NCBI GenBank assembly: GCA_050951545.1
Contig: JBMNJG010000004.1
Location: 256,001 to 320,000, forward strand
Length of the DNA stretch: 64,000 bases
Reading direction: 5' to 3'
From: Limnochordia bacterium
GTDB taxonomy: Bacteria; Bacillota; Limnochordia; DTU080
Shown one piece after another: positions 50,035 through 59,291 of the stretch (the first letter of the stretch is position 1; every line of letters starts with the position of its first letter). The translations under genes were made by a program, and so were the position numbers. The notes under the pieces were generated by a model that searched no databases, was not told the origin of the DNA, and saw only the letters and a list, made by a program, of their open reading frames with translations.

Positions 50035-50801
50035 TGGCGACCCAACTGGCGGCCCAGCTCTACACGATCAGGCAGTTCATGAAGACACCAGAGGAAATGG
50101 CGGTCTCTCTTAAGAAAATCCGTGACATGGGATGGCAGGCAGTGCAGCTTTCCGGGCACGGGCCCATTGCTCCCCAGAAATTACGTCAGCTGCTAGACGA
50201 TGCCGAGTTGAAAGTGTGTGCCACGCATACTGGTTTTGAGCGGATGCGAGACCAGATGGAGGACGTGATGGAGGAGCACCGCGTCCTGGGTTGCCAGAAC
50301 CTGGCGATCGGGGGTCTGCCTGCCAAGTACAGGGAGAGCGGGGCAGCTGGTTATGCGCATTTTGCTCAAGAAGCGTCGCAAGTGGCGGCAAAGCTTGCAG
50401 TGAACGGTTTCACCTGGAGCTACCACAATCACAGTTTTGAGTTAGAGAAGTTCGACGGGCGTAGCGCCTTGGCCATCCTCTATGAAGAAAGCGATCCAAA
50501 GTGCTTTCTGGGCGAGATTGACACTTACTGGATTCAGCACGGTGGTGGGGATCCTGCTCAGTGGATTCTCGACCTGAAGGGGCGCATCAAGCTTCTACAT
50601 CTGAAGGACATGGGTGTCCTCAACCGGCAACCAGTCATGGCAGAGATTGGTGAAGGCAACCTCAACTGGCCGCGCATACTCTCGGCTGCCGCGGAATCTG
50701 GTGTAGAGTGGTACATCGTGGAGCAGGATGTCTGTCAGCGCGATCCGTTCGAAAGCCTGGCTATCAGTTTGCGTAACCTGAAGGCCATGGGGCTTCAATA
50801 G
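50035..50801 (+). CDS. Sugar phosphate isomerase/epimerase
   Basis: AQLYTIR, YHNHSFE, EIDTYW, LHLKD, EIGEG, IVEQD; start approximate. Confidence 0.85.
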
Positions 50802-50809
50802 CTTCCCAG

Positions 50810-50837
50810 GGCCCAGTTGGCTGACGCCAACTGGGCC
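50810..50837. terminator. Hairpin after the isomerase gene
   Basis: GGCCCAGTTGGC-TGAC-GCCAACTGGGCC. Confidence 0.55.
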
Positions 50838-50885
50838 GCATGAAACCCAGCAGCTGGGTGCAAAGCATGCCGGTGCATACCAGAG

Positions 50886-51167
50886 GTGTTAGGCGCCATG
50901 AGTCCACATGTGCAGGACATTCTGGCTGTCGAATCGGAAATCCGAAGAACGAAGCCCATCGCGGCATGTGTTCCGGTGCTAGCGCTGCTGTTAAGCTTGC
51001 TGCTCACCATATCGCCATCGGTTTTCGCTCACGTGGTCCGCCTGAACTGTATGAAGCGGATAGAAGAGCAGTTGCTGCTGCGCAAGTATGGCGACCTCAG
51101 GATGTTTCGCCATCTGTTTGATGCAGTCCACACCCAAGAGAGTGTCTGCGGTTCTGGAGGCGAGTAG
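50886..51167 (+). CDS. Small hypothetical membrane protein
   Basis: One hydrophobic helix; stop abuts the start of the MscS gene. Confidence 0.3.
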   Translation: MLGAMSPHVQDILAVESEIRRTKPIAACVPVLALLLSLLLTISPSVFAHVVRLNCMKRIEEQLLLRKYGDLRMFRHLFDAVHTQESVCGSGGE

Positions 51168-51761
51168 ATGCCCGAGCTAGGTTTGTCGAACGAGTTGCTC
51201 CAACAGACAGTCGGTTACGTGGCACGGATACCTGGCGCACTTATCACACTAGCGGCCACGTATATCATGATCAGATTGATGAAGCGGGTCTTGGCCGCAG
51301 CCGCGAATGTCGCCCACTTAGAGCCTACTGCGAGGTCGCTGCTATCTTCGAGTGTTGGTTTCATCGGCTGGGTTATCGGTATCTCAGCCACGCTAAATGC
51401 ACTGGGCCTAACCCAAGTTTCACTAGCCCTGGGAGGTTCAGTGGCCCTAGTCGCCATGGCCCTAGCCACGGGGCTCAACACTGTGTCGCAGGATCTTCTG
51501 GCAGGTATCTACCTACTAGCTGACGACGATTTCGCCATTGGAGCCAAGGTGCGCACTACTGGTGTTGAAGGCGAGATCATCCGCCTGTCTATGCGCAAGA
51601 CGAAGGTGCGAGACAAGGATGGCCTTATCCATGCCATACCCAACCGCAACATTGATGCAGCCACTTACACAATCGTTTCTGCGGCACCACGCATGGTTCG
51701 AGGCAAGGGCAATGAAGAAGAGGAAGAGGTTCATGTAGAAGCTGCAAGCTCTGGGAGGTAG
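51168..51761 (+). CDS. Small-conductance mechanosensitive channel (MscS) family
   Basis: Three TM helices; DLLAGIYL..FAIG..G.EG.I..L.MRKT..G..H.IPN. Confidence 0.8.
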   Translation: MPELGLSNELLQQTVGYVARIPGALITLAATYIMIRLMKRVLAAAANVAHLEPTARSLLSSSVGFIGWVIGISATLNALGLTQVSLALGGSVALVAMALATGLNTVSQDLLAGIYLLADDDFAIGAKVRTTGVEGEIIRLSMRKTKVRDKDGLIHAIPNRNIDAATYTIVSAAPRMVRGKGNEEEEEVHVEAASSGR

Positions 51762-51765
51762 CAGT

Positions 51766-52914
51766 GTGTGGGTCCATTCGTTCGTCCCGAGGTTGCAGGT
51801 AGGCGAAGGCGCACTATCTCGTCTAGGCGAGCAGGCACGCTCGTTGGGCCGCCACGCTGCCCTGATAGGCGGGCGACATACCCTCGCCAGCGGTGTGGCT
51901 GATCAAGCGCGGATGAGCCTGCGGGCAGCTGGGATCGAAACAGTGATCATTGAGGGTCCTTCCGGAGAACCCTCGTTAGCTGAATGTGCACGCGGGTTGG
52001 CCCAGGCCCGGGAAGCCTCGTGCGCGTTAGTGGTAGGCATTGGCGGCGGCAGCGTACTAGACATGGCGAAGTGTATCGCAGGTTTGTTTCATCTCGCCGG
52101 TAAGCCCGAGGCGGTGGTAAGCGGAGCCCTCTATGAAGGGCTCAGTGATACGCGAGCCCTACCATGGATTGCCGTCCCAACCACCGCTGGAACAGGTTCA
52201 GAGGCGACTCATGTAGCCGTGCTGAGCGATCCCGCAAGAGGTGTAAAGCAGAGCATGCGCTGCAACCTGTGGTATGCGCAGGCCGTTCTGATTGATCCGG
52301 AACTCTATACCACTGCTCCCTCACACGTGACAGCCGCCTCTGGCATGGATGCCTTGACCCAGGCTATAGAGTCTCACGTATCCCGTGGCGCCACTCCTAT
52401 TACGCAAGCTCTCTCTCGTCAGGCAACCCGCCTTCTGGCAATGAACCTGCTGACAGCCTATCACGACGGGAAGGACATCGAGGCTCGCCGAGCTACAGCT
52501 TTGGGCAGCTTTCTCGCTGGTGTCGCCCTGACAAATGCGAGGCTGGGTCTCGTGCATGGTCTCGCGCATCCGTTAGGAATTCGCTACGGGCTCGCTCACG
52601 GGCTGACTTGCGCGGTCTTGTTGCCGCACGTGATGCGCTTCAACCTGGCGACCGCAAGACGTGGTTACGCCGAACTTGCCGCAGCCATTGGCTTGACCGA
52701 TCAGGGCGATTCATCTGCAGCGGAGCGTCTGCTCTCTTTCATAGAGCAGCTCAACGCCAAGCTGGGAATTCCCAGCACCCTGCAGACTGCTGGCATGGCT
52801 TCTGAGCACATACCAGCCCTGGCTGCAGTGGCTCTGCCCTCTGGTTCGACCAAGGCCAATCCCCGGCCCGTAAGCCGGCCTGAGGTCGAGGAGATGCTAA
52901 CCAAGCTCTTGTGA
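51766..52914 (+). CDS. Iron-containing alcohol dehydrogenase family
   Basis: GIGGGSVLD, PTTAGTGSE, DALTQAIE, HGLAH, HGL. Confidence 0.92.
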   Translation: MWVHSFVPRLQVGEGALSRLGEQARSLGRHAALIGGRHTLASGVADQARMSLRAAGIETVIIEGPSGEPSLAECARGLAQAREASCALVVGIGGGSVLDMAKCIAGLFHLAGKPEAVVSGALYEGLSDTRALPWIAVPTTAGTGSEATHVAVLSDPARGVKQSMRCNLWYAQAVLIDPELYTTAPSHVTAASGMDALTQAIESHVSRGATPITQALSRQATRLLAMNLLTAYHDGKDIEARRATALGSFLAGVALTNARLGLVHGLAHPLGIRYGLAHGLTCAVLLPHVMRFNLATARRGYAELAAAIGLTDQGDSSAAERLLSFIEQLNAKLGIPSTLQTAGMASEHIPALAAVALPSGSTKANPRPVSRPEVEEMLTKLL

Positions 52915-52941
52915 GTGCTTTCACGATGAGGAGCGGCCCCC

Positions 52942-55900
52942 ATGGCGAATCTGATACCCAGCATGACCTCACACCAGACAGAGATAAGCGTGCAGGCACA
53001 CCCTATGATGCTTGTGTTGCTCGTTCTGCTCATGGCTTCAGCGCCCACGCAGGCTATGATCGGGAGTTCTCCCATTCTCGCGCCAGTTGCACCACCTCCG
53101 GCTTTGCCCGCCCACGGGTGGCTCACTCTAGAGAGCCCACATTTTCTGGTTCACTTTCCCCCGGGGCACGAGCATATCGCTCGTCGAATTGCCTTGGCAG
53201 CGGAAAACGCACACCGCAACCTGGTACCCAAGATGCAGTACCTACCAGAGGAAAAGACTCATATCGTTGTAGCAGATATCTCGGATGCCGCGAATGCTTT
53301 CACCCGGGTGACACCATATAACCACATTCTGGTCTATCCCGTACCGCCGGATACTGTCGGCTATGACACGGGGCTATCTCCAACACATCAGGACTGGTTT
53401 GCTCAACTGATGCTTCATGAGTACGCGCATGTGCTTCAACTCGACATGCATGCAGGCAATGCCTCCTATGCGCGCAGGCTCTTTGGAAAGGTGCCCTGGG
53501 CCAGCACACCGAATAGCTCGCTTGGCTACGCACTCTTGGAGGGCCATGCTGTCTTCGCAGAGGGGCTAACAGGAACTGGTCGCGGTGATGGAGCTTTCTA
53601 TGATATGTTCCTGCGAGCAGCCGTTCTGGATGATGTCCTTCCATCATGGGATCAGGTGATCGGCAACTACAATCTGACTGGCTGGAATCCTGGTCCTGCG
53701 GTGTACCTATATGGATACTCATTCCTTGATTATGTCGCCCGAACCTATGGGGAAGAGCGCCTTGGCGAGGTCTATCGTCTGCATAGCGGGCAACCTCTAG
53801 GCACCAACGGGGCTATCAGCAGGGTTCTGCAGATTCCCTTCGACGATCTGTGGGAAGGCTGGCAAGAGGATCTCCTAGACCGCTACTCACAGCAGCGAGA
53901 GGCGCTTGGGCCTGTCACCCAGACGCAGACGGTGGATACCATTGGGGACATGGTCCTGTGGCCTACGTGGAGCCCCGACGGCGAAAAGATTGTATACGGC
54001 TCGAGTGGCAACGTGCTCCCATCATTGCGGCTACGCCAGGTGGTCGATGGTCAGCCGAAGAAGGATTCCCAGGATCGCAGGTTGACGAACGGCCAAATCG
54101 AGCGCTCGGGCGGCTTTTCCTGGACCCCTGATGCGCAAGAAGTGGTCTACGGTAAGATGGATTACCGTCAAGGGAGCCTGACAAGCGATCTCTATATGCT
54201 GCACTTGCAGTCTGGCAAGCAGAGGCGACTGACGCACGGTTACCGAGCGTACGCCCCTAGCGTATCGCCCAACGGGGAGTGGGTCGCTTTTATTGCCCGC
54301 CGTGAAGACAAATCACGGATTCTGCTAGCTGCTCTTGACGATGTTTCGCCTATGGTGTTGTGGAGTCCAGAGACTGATGAACGCTCCAGCAACCAACCCG
54401 TGCAGGCACTCTCACTTGCCTGGTCTCCCAGCGGCGATGCGCTTGCCTTTGTCGGGCGTGGATACTCTGGCGAGGTGGACCTTTTTCTCATGCCCCTTGC
54501 AGGCCAAGACGTACCTGTCCCTACCGAGGCTCCGATTAGGCTTACACACGACATGGCGGCAAAGCTCGACCCTGCCTGGTCACCCGACGGACGCTACCTG
54601 TTTTTTTCCTCGGATCGTTCAGGGATCTATAACATCCATGCCTACGATATGCACAGCTGCAGCCAGTATCAGGTCACTCGAGCTCTCTACGGCGTTTTCG
54701 CACCTTCTGTCTCTCCTGATGGCACCACTTTGCTGCTTTCCTCGTACTCCTCCGAGGGTTATCAGCTTGCGACGCTGGCCCTGGCACCCGAGGAATGGGA
54801 GTTATGTCCCGAACCAACTGAGCCCGCTGAGCCCGCTGAGCCAGCTGAGCCCCAGATCTTTGCACAAGAGGAGATCGGCGAACAGGTGATCCGTTTGCCA
54901 TCTGATGACACTGCAGTCTGGTCGTTCGTCCCCAGAAGGCAGCTGGAAAAGGCAGAGGGACAACCGTGGGAGCGCGATGTAGCACAACCACTCGATCCAC
55001 ATGATTTCGTGGTACGCCGCTACAGGGCTATCGATAGCCTCTCGCCGCGTTACTGGCTTCCCGTGTGGGGAGGAGCAGAGGGCAGATGGGTAACCGGTGG
55101 CTCTACGTCAAGCGTTGATGCGCTTGGGCAGCACGCTTACGCAGTAGCAGCATCTTTCGGTGGCGACCGAGCCGCCTATCGTGCCGAGTATGAGTTCCGA
55201 TCGGGTCCGCTGGGAAGCGGCCCTGTCTTAGGCTTTAGTCTTTCCGGAAGCCCTCCCTCCAACACAGGCATCAGCCCCGAGCAAGGGCTGGCAACTCGGG
55301 CATCAGTCCCGCAGAGAGCGATCTCACCAGTACCGTTTCTTCGGAGCGATGGTGAGGTAACTGAGTCGCAGGCAGATACCGCAGGGGAACTCTACGTCTC
55401 TTGGCAGAAGCCTGGGGTCCTCTTCTCGAGCCGCGGAGTGACCTGGGTTAGCGTTCACAAAGGTGAGGAGGTTCAGTCAGAGCTGGGAGTAGGAGTCAGT
55501 TTCCAGAGCCTGGGCGGCAACGGCCACCTCCGGCGCGTGGGGGACCTTCGCCTCTACGGGGTGCAGGCCTTGACATGTCGGAATACAGCAGCCGGCCTAT
55601 CGTGGTCTGTGAACCAGGCAATGTCTAGACGTTTGCGCGTATCGATGGATCTCAGCGTAGTAGCGGGTACGGCAAAAGACAGCTTCTCCTTGGGTGGCAC
55701 TCAGAGAGGTTTGGCTGTGCGCGGCCTTCCCGTAGGCTATGCCAAGGGTCAAGGCGCTGGAACAGTGAGTCTCGAAGCTGAATATATGGCCTTTCCTATC
55801 CAGCGCGGTGCTCAAGACAGCCCACTTTTCCTCGACGGGGTATCATGGGCTCTTTTCTGTGACGGCGGAGTTGCAGGGAACCGAGCGGCGCCCTTCAAGA

Positions 55901-56046
55901 AGGTCGCCACTGCAGGGGTGGAAGCGCGGGCGACAGGGACGCTAGGCTACGGACTGACCAGAGGCGATCTGCGTCTTGGAGTGGCACGCGCTCTTGACGG
56001 GGCGCAGCCGTGGCGCGTCTACTGGGGGATTGGATCAGGTTTCTGA
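52942..56046 (+). CDS. Large exported protein: MA-clan HExxH domain + TolB-like PD40 propeller + probable C-terminal beta-barrel
   Basis: LESPHFLVHF, HEYAH..., EGHA; repeated P.WSPDG / PSVSPDG; alternating beta-strand C-terminus ending in Phe. Confidence 0.7.
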   Translation: MANLIPSMTSHQTEISVQAHPMMLVLLVLLMASAPTQAMIGSSPILAPVAPPPALPAHGWLTLESPHFLVHFPPGHEHIARRIALAAENAHRNLVPKMQYLPEEKTHIVVADISDAANAFTRVTPYNHILVYPVPPDTVGYDTGLSPTHQDWFAQLMLHEYAHVLQLDMHAGNASYARRLFGKVPWASTPNSSLGYALLEGHAVFAEGLTGTGRGDGAFYDMFLRAAVLDDVLPSWDQVIGNYNLTGWNPGPAVYLYGYSFLDYVARTYGEERLGEVYRLHSGQPLGTNGAISRVLQIPFDDLWEGWQEDLLDRYSQQREALGPVTQTQTVDTIGDMVLWPTWSPDGEKIVYGSSGNVLPSLRLRQVVDGQPKKDSQDRRLTNGQIERSGGFSWTPDAQEVVYGKMDYRQGSLTSDLYMLHLQSGKQRRLTHGYRAYAPSVSPNGEWVAFIARREDKSRILLAALDDVSPMVLWSPETDERSSNQPVQALSLAWSPSGDALAFVGRGYSGEVDLFLMPLAGQDVPVPTEAPIRLTHDMAAKLDPAWSPDGRYLFFSSDRSGIYNIHAYDMHSCSQYQVTRALYGVFAPSVSPDGTTLLLSSYSSEGYQLATLALAPEEWELCPEPTEPAEPAEPAEPQIFAQEEIGEQVIRLPSDDTAVWSFVPRRQLEKAEGQPWERDVAQPLDPHDFVVRRYRAIDSLSPRYWLPVWGGAEGRWVTGGSTSSVDALGQHAYAVAASFGGDRAAYRAEYEFRSGPLGSGPVLGFSLSGSPPSNTGISPEQGLATRASVPQRAISPVPFLRSDGEVTESQADTAGELYVSWQKPGVLFSSRGVTWVSVHKGEEVQSELGVGVSFQSLGGNGHLRRVGDLRLYGVQALTCRNTAAGLSWSVNQAMSRRLRVSMDLSVVAGTAKDSFSLGGTQRGLAVRGLPVGYAKGQGAGTVSLEAEYMAFPIQRGAQDSPLFLDGVSWALFCDGGVAGNRAAPFKKVATAGVEARATGTLGYGLTRGDLRLGVARALDGAQPWRVYWGIGSGF

Positions 56047-56326
56047 GGAGTACGGGTGACGGCAGTCAACCACGCACGCGGCAGTCCCGTCCATATTCGC
56101 TCACAACGCCACTTCCTTTTCTAGAGAGAGCCGCACATGGTCGCCCGACCCTACAGGCGGCGGCTTGCCACAAACTGTGAAAACGAGAGTCGCTCATGCC
56201 GATGCCGCAGCGTAGAAGGTTTTTCGGAGGAGCATCTTGGGACACATGACAATGGGCTTCGGGGGAGGATCATGTTAGAATGCGCTCTGGTAATAGCCGG
56301 CAAAAAGGTGCTGTGGAGGTCCGAGG

Positions 56327-56740
56327 ATGAGGTGTCCACAGTGCCAACGTGAGAATCAGTTTCCGGTACCAGGACTCTGTCCGGACTGCTATAGGCAGTG
56401 GAAGGAAAAGATGCGAGCACGCTATGGACCGGGCCCCTGGCCCCATCAGCCTACGTGTTTCCCAAGCAGTGGCCTGGTGTCCGAGGAAATAGATGCAGCC
56501 GTTTTACAGGAAGAACGACCTCTGGCGGAGAATGACGCCATTGGCGCGGTAAAGCGTCGTGTCCAGGCCGTTCTGACGCAGCTTGAAACAACAGAGCAAG
56601 ATAACCTAGAATTCCTTGAGCAGTTAGACTGGGTCTTGAGAAAGGTTGTCCAGATGGTGGTATGCTCTGTGGCAGAGCCTGACAGCCACTGTGCGCAATC
56701 TGACGACAGAACATACTACCCACGCTCCACAAACCTGTGA
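56327..56740 (+). CDS. Hypothetical protein with N-terminal CxxC...CxxC
   Basis: MRCPQC...LCPDC; coiled C-terminus. Confidence 0.45.
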   Translation: MRCPQCQRENQFPVPGLCPDCYRQWKEKMRARYGPGPWPHQPTCFPSSGLVSEEIDAAVLQEERPLAENDAIGAVKRRVQAVLTQLETTEQDNLEFLEQLDWVLRKVVQMVVCSVAEPDSHCAQSDDRTYYPRSTNL

Positions 56741-56821
56741 AGCACTGGAGAGTCGCTCTCGGCAACAACAGCCCCCGCGACCGATCGTAGGTGAGGCGCG
56801 GGGCTTTATCGCGGCACCGAA

Positions 56822-56839
56822 TTGTGAAAAAGATCACAA
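56822..56839. promoter_or_regulatory. Rex operator upstream of the hydrogenase operon
   Basis: TTGTGAAAAAGATCACAA versus TTGTGAA-N4-TTCACAA. Confidence 0.7.
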
Positions 56840-56863
56840 TCTCAGAGTTGAGGAGGCTACAGG

Positions 56864-57313
56864 ATGAGTGTCCAGTTGGATATGAAGGCCGCTGAACGGC
56901 GAGCGCCCCTTATCGCTAAGCTGCACGCGGTTCAGGAAGAGGAGGGATATCTCCCTGCAGAGCGCATCGCAGAGGTGGCCACCGAGACGGGTCTATCACC
57001 CGCACAGGTAATGGGTGTAGCTACTTTCTACAACCATTTTCGCCTTCGTCCTCCGGGAAAGCACACGATCAAGGTATGTGATGGAACGGCCTGCCATGTC
57101 AAGGGAGCAGGTAATCTCCTGGAGCGAATTCAGACCGAGTTAGGTGTGGAGCCGGGGGAATCCACGGAGGATGGCATGTTTTCCCTGCAGGTAGTGGCTT
57201 GCCTGGGAGCTTGCAGTATGGCCCCAGCTATTGTCATTGATGATACTGTACATGGTCGAGTCACGCCCAGGGAACTGAGGCGCATTCTTAACTCGTATCG
57301 GAGGCGGCGGTAA
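56864..57313 (+). CDS. hydC: [FeFe]-hydrogenase NuoE-like [2Fe-2S] subunit
   Basis: GVATFY, VCDGTACHVKG, ACLGACSMAP. Confidence 0.92.
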   Translation: MSVQLDMKAAERRAPLIAKLHAVQEEEGYLPAERIAEVATETGLSPAQVMGVATFYNHFRLRPPGKHTIKVCDGTACHVKGAGNLLERIQTELGVEPGESTEDGMFSLQVVACLGACSMAPAIVIDDTVHGRVTPRELRRILNSYRRRR

Positions 57314-59256
57314 TGGCACAGGCGGATCGCATTATCTTCTACGTGGGCGCTGGCACCTGCGGGTTGGCTGCCGGTGCGAGTGAGGTTCTCGAACAGCTTC
57401 TGGTTGAGGTGAAGAGTCGAGGTCTGGATGCGGAAGTTAAGACAGTTGGTTGCATGGGTTTTTGTGAACGAGAACCGATCGTTGACGTACGTTTGCCGGG
57501 CTCCTCTCGTCTATCCTTTGCTAACGTAGACAAGAAGGGCCTGTTGCGTATACTGGATTCATATGTGGCCCAGGGTATTATTCCTGGAGAGCTGCTGTTG
57601 GGTACTGCTCTTGGGGAAGCTCCATTGACTGCCCTGGTTGAACCCGAACCTAAGGCGCAGGCGAAGCAAGTCAGCGTTCCAAGGATGGAAGAACTGCCCT
57701 TCCTGTCCAAGCAATGCCGGCGAGTCCTGTCCAACTGCGGAAAGATCGACCCAGAAAGCATGGAGGAGTACGTGGCTGAGGGTGGCTATGAGGCGTTGCG
57801 CAAGGCCATTGAGAACTCGCCGCAATGGGTCATCGATCAGATGAAAGCCTCCCAACTGCGTGGTCGAGGGGGAGCTGGTTTTCCCACCGGCCTCAAGTGG
57901 GCATTGACAGCGGTGGAGAAGGCCGACAGGAAATACGTCGTGTGTAACGCGGACGAAGGCGACCCAGGAGCCTTCATGGACCGTAGCCTCTTGGAAGGTG
58001 ACCCTCACCGTGTTTTGGAGGGCATTCTGGTTGCGGGTTACGCGGTTGGCGCTCAGAAGGCCTATGTATATGCGCGAGCTGAGTATCCCTTGGCTATCGC
58101 TAGGCTGGAAAACGCTATCAAGCAGCTGACCGAAGCGGGTTATCTAGGTGATCGGATCATGGGCTCAGATTTCAGCTTCAGCATCGAGCTCAAGATGGGA
58201 GCAGGGGCCTTTGTCTGTGGTGAGGAAACTGCGCTTCTCGCCTCTGTGGAAGGCGAGAGGGGGATCCCGCGGCCCAAACCTCCATTCCCGGCGGCCAAGG
58301 GATTGTGGGGATATCCGACGCTGATCAACAACGTTGAGACGTTTGCCAATGTCGCAGACATAATCGCTCGGGGACCCGAATGGTTCGCTAATGTGGGTAC
58401 TGAGCGTAGCAAGGGTACCAAGGTCTTCTCCCTGACGGGCAAAGTGAAGAACAGTGGTCTTATCGAGGTACCGATGGGGATGACTCTGCGAGAGGTCGTC
58501 TTTGATCTCGGGGGCGGTGTGGCGAACGGCCGTCAGTTCAAAGCTGCGCAAATCGGAGGCCCGTCTGGAGGATGCATGCCAGCCAAGCTTTTGGATACGC
58601 CCATCGACTATGATTCCTTGCTACAGGCAGGGGCCATGATGGGTTCGGGCGGTCTGGTGGTTATGGACGACCACACCTGTATGGTGGAAGTCGCTCGTTT
58701 CTTCCTGGGCTTCGTCAAAGCCGAATCGTGCGGGCGTTGCACTCCTTGCCGAGAAGGAACAACACGACTCTACGAGATGCTGCAACGCGTGGTCACGCCT
58801 CAGCGTGTGCTCGATGCCGAGACTGAACGCATTCCAGCCGAGATACGTGGGATGTTGGGTATGGATGAGCCGTTGGATCCGGAGGCTTTTCTAGCCACTC
58901 TACGCGAACTGGCTGAGGTTGTCAAGGACACCTCGGCTTGTGGTCTGGGTCAGACTGCTCCAAATCCGGTGCTATCGACGCTGCGGCATTTCGAGGAAGA
59001 GTATCGGGCCCATCTGCTGGATCAGGTCTGCCCTGCTGGGGCGTGCAAGCAGTTCCTCACGTATACCATCGATGCCGAGAAGTGCACAGGTTGTGGGCTC
59101 TGCAAGAGCGAGTGTCCCGCGACTGCGATCAGCGGCGAGAGGCGCAAACCACACGCTATTGATCAGGAGCTGTGCGTGCGATGTGGCAACTGTGTTGACA
59201 CTTGCAGCTTTGGGGCGATCACAGGCCGAAGCGTTCAGACGACTCTAGTAGGATAG
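57313..59256 (+). CDS. hydB: [FeFe]-hydrogenase NuoF-like NADH/FMN subunit
   Basis: LRGRGGAGFPTG, CNADEGDPGAFMDR, FVCGEETAL, ESCGRCTPCREG, C-terminal 2x[4Fe-4S]. Confidence 0.93.
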   Translation: MAQADRIIFYVGAGTCGLAAGASEVLEQLLVEVKSRGLDAEVKTVGCMGFCEREPIVDVRLPGSSRLSFANVDKKGLLRILDSYVAQGIIPGELLLGTALGEAPLTALVEPEPKAQAKQVSVPRMEELPFLSKQCRRVLSNCGKIDPESMEEYVAEGGYEALRKAIENSPQWVIDQMKASQLRGRGGAGFPTGLKWALTAVEKADRKYVVCNADEGDPGAFMDRSLLEGDPHRVLEGILVAGYAVGAQKAYVYARAEYPLAIARLENAIKQLTEAGYLGDRIMGSDFSFSIELKMGAGAFVCGEETALLASVEGERGIPRPKPPFPAAKGLWGYPTLINNVETFANVADIIARGPEWFANVGTERSKGTKVFSLTGKVKNSGLIEVPMGMTLREVVFDLGGGVANGRQFKAAQIGGPSGGCMPAKLLDTPIDYDSLLQAGAMMGSGGLVVMDDHTCMVEVARFFLGFVKAESCGRCTPCREGTTRLYEMLQRVVTPQRVLDAETERIPAEIRGMLGMDEPLDPEAFLATLRELAEVVKDTSACGLGQTAPNPVLSTLRHFEEEYRAHLLDQVCPAGACKQFLTYTIDAEKCTGCGLCKSECPATAISGERRKPHAIDQELCVRCGNCVDTCSFGAITGRSVQTTLVG

Positions 59257-59291
59257 GTGCCAGCTAAGCTTGGTCAGGGTTATCTTCAGGT

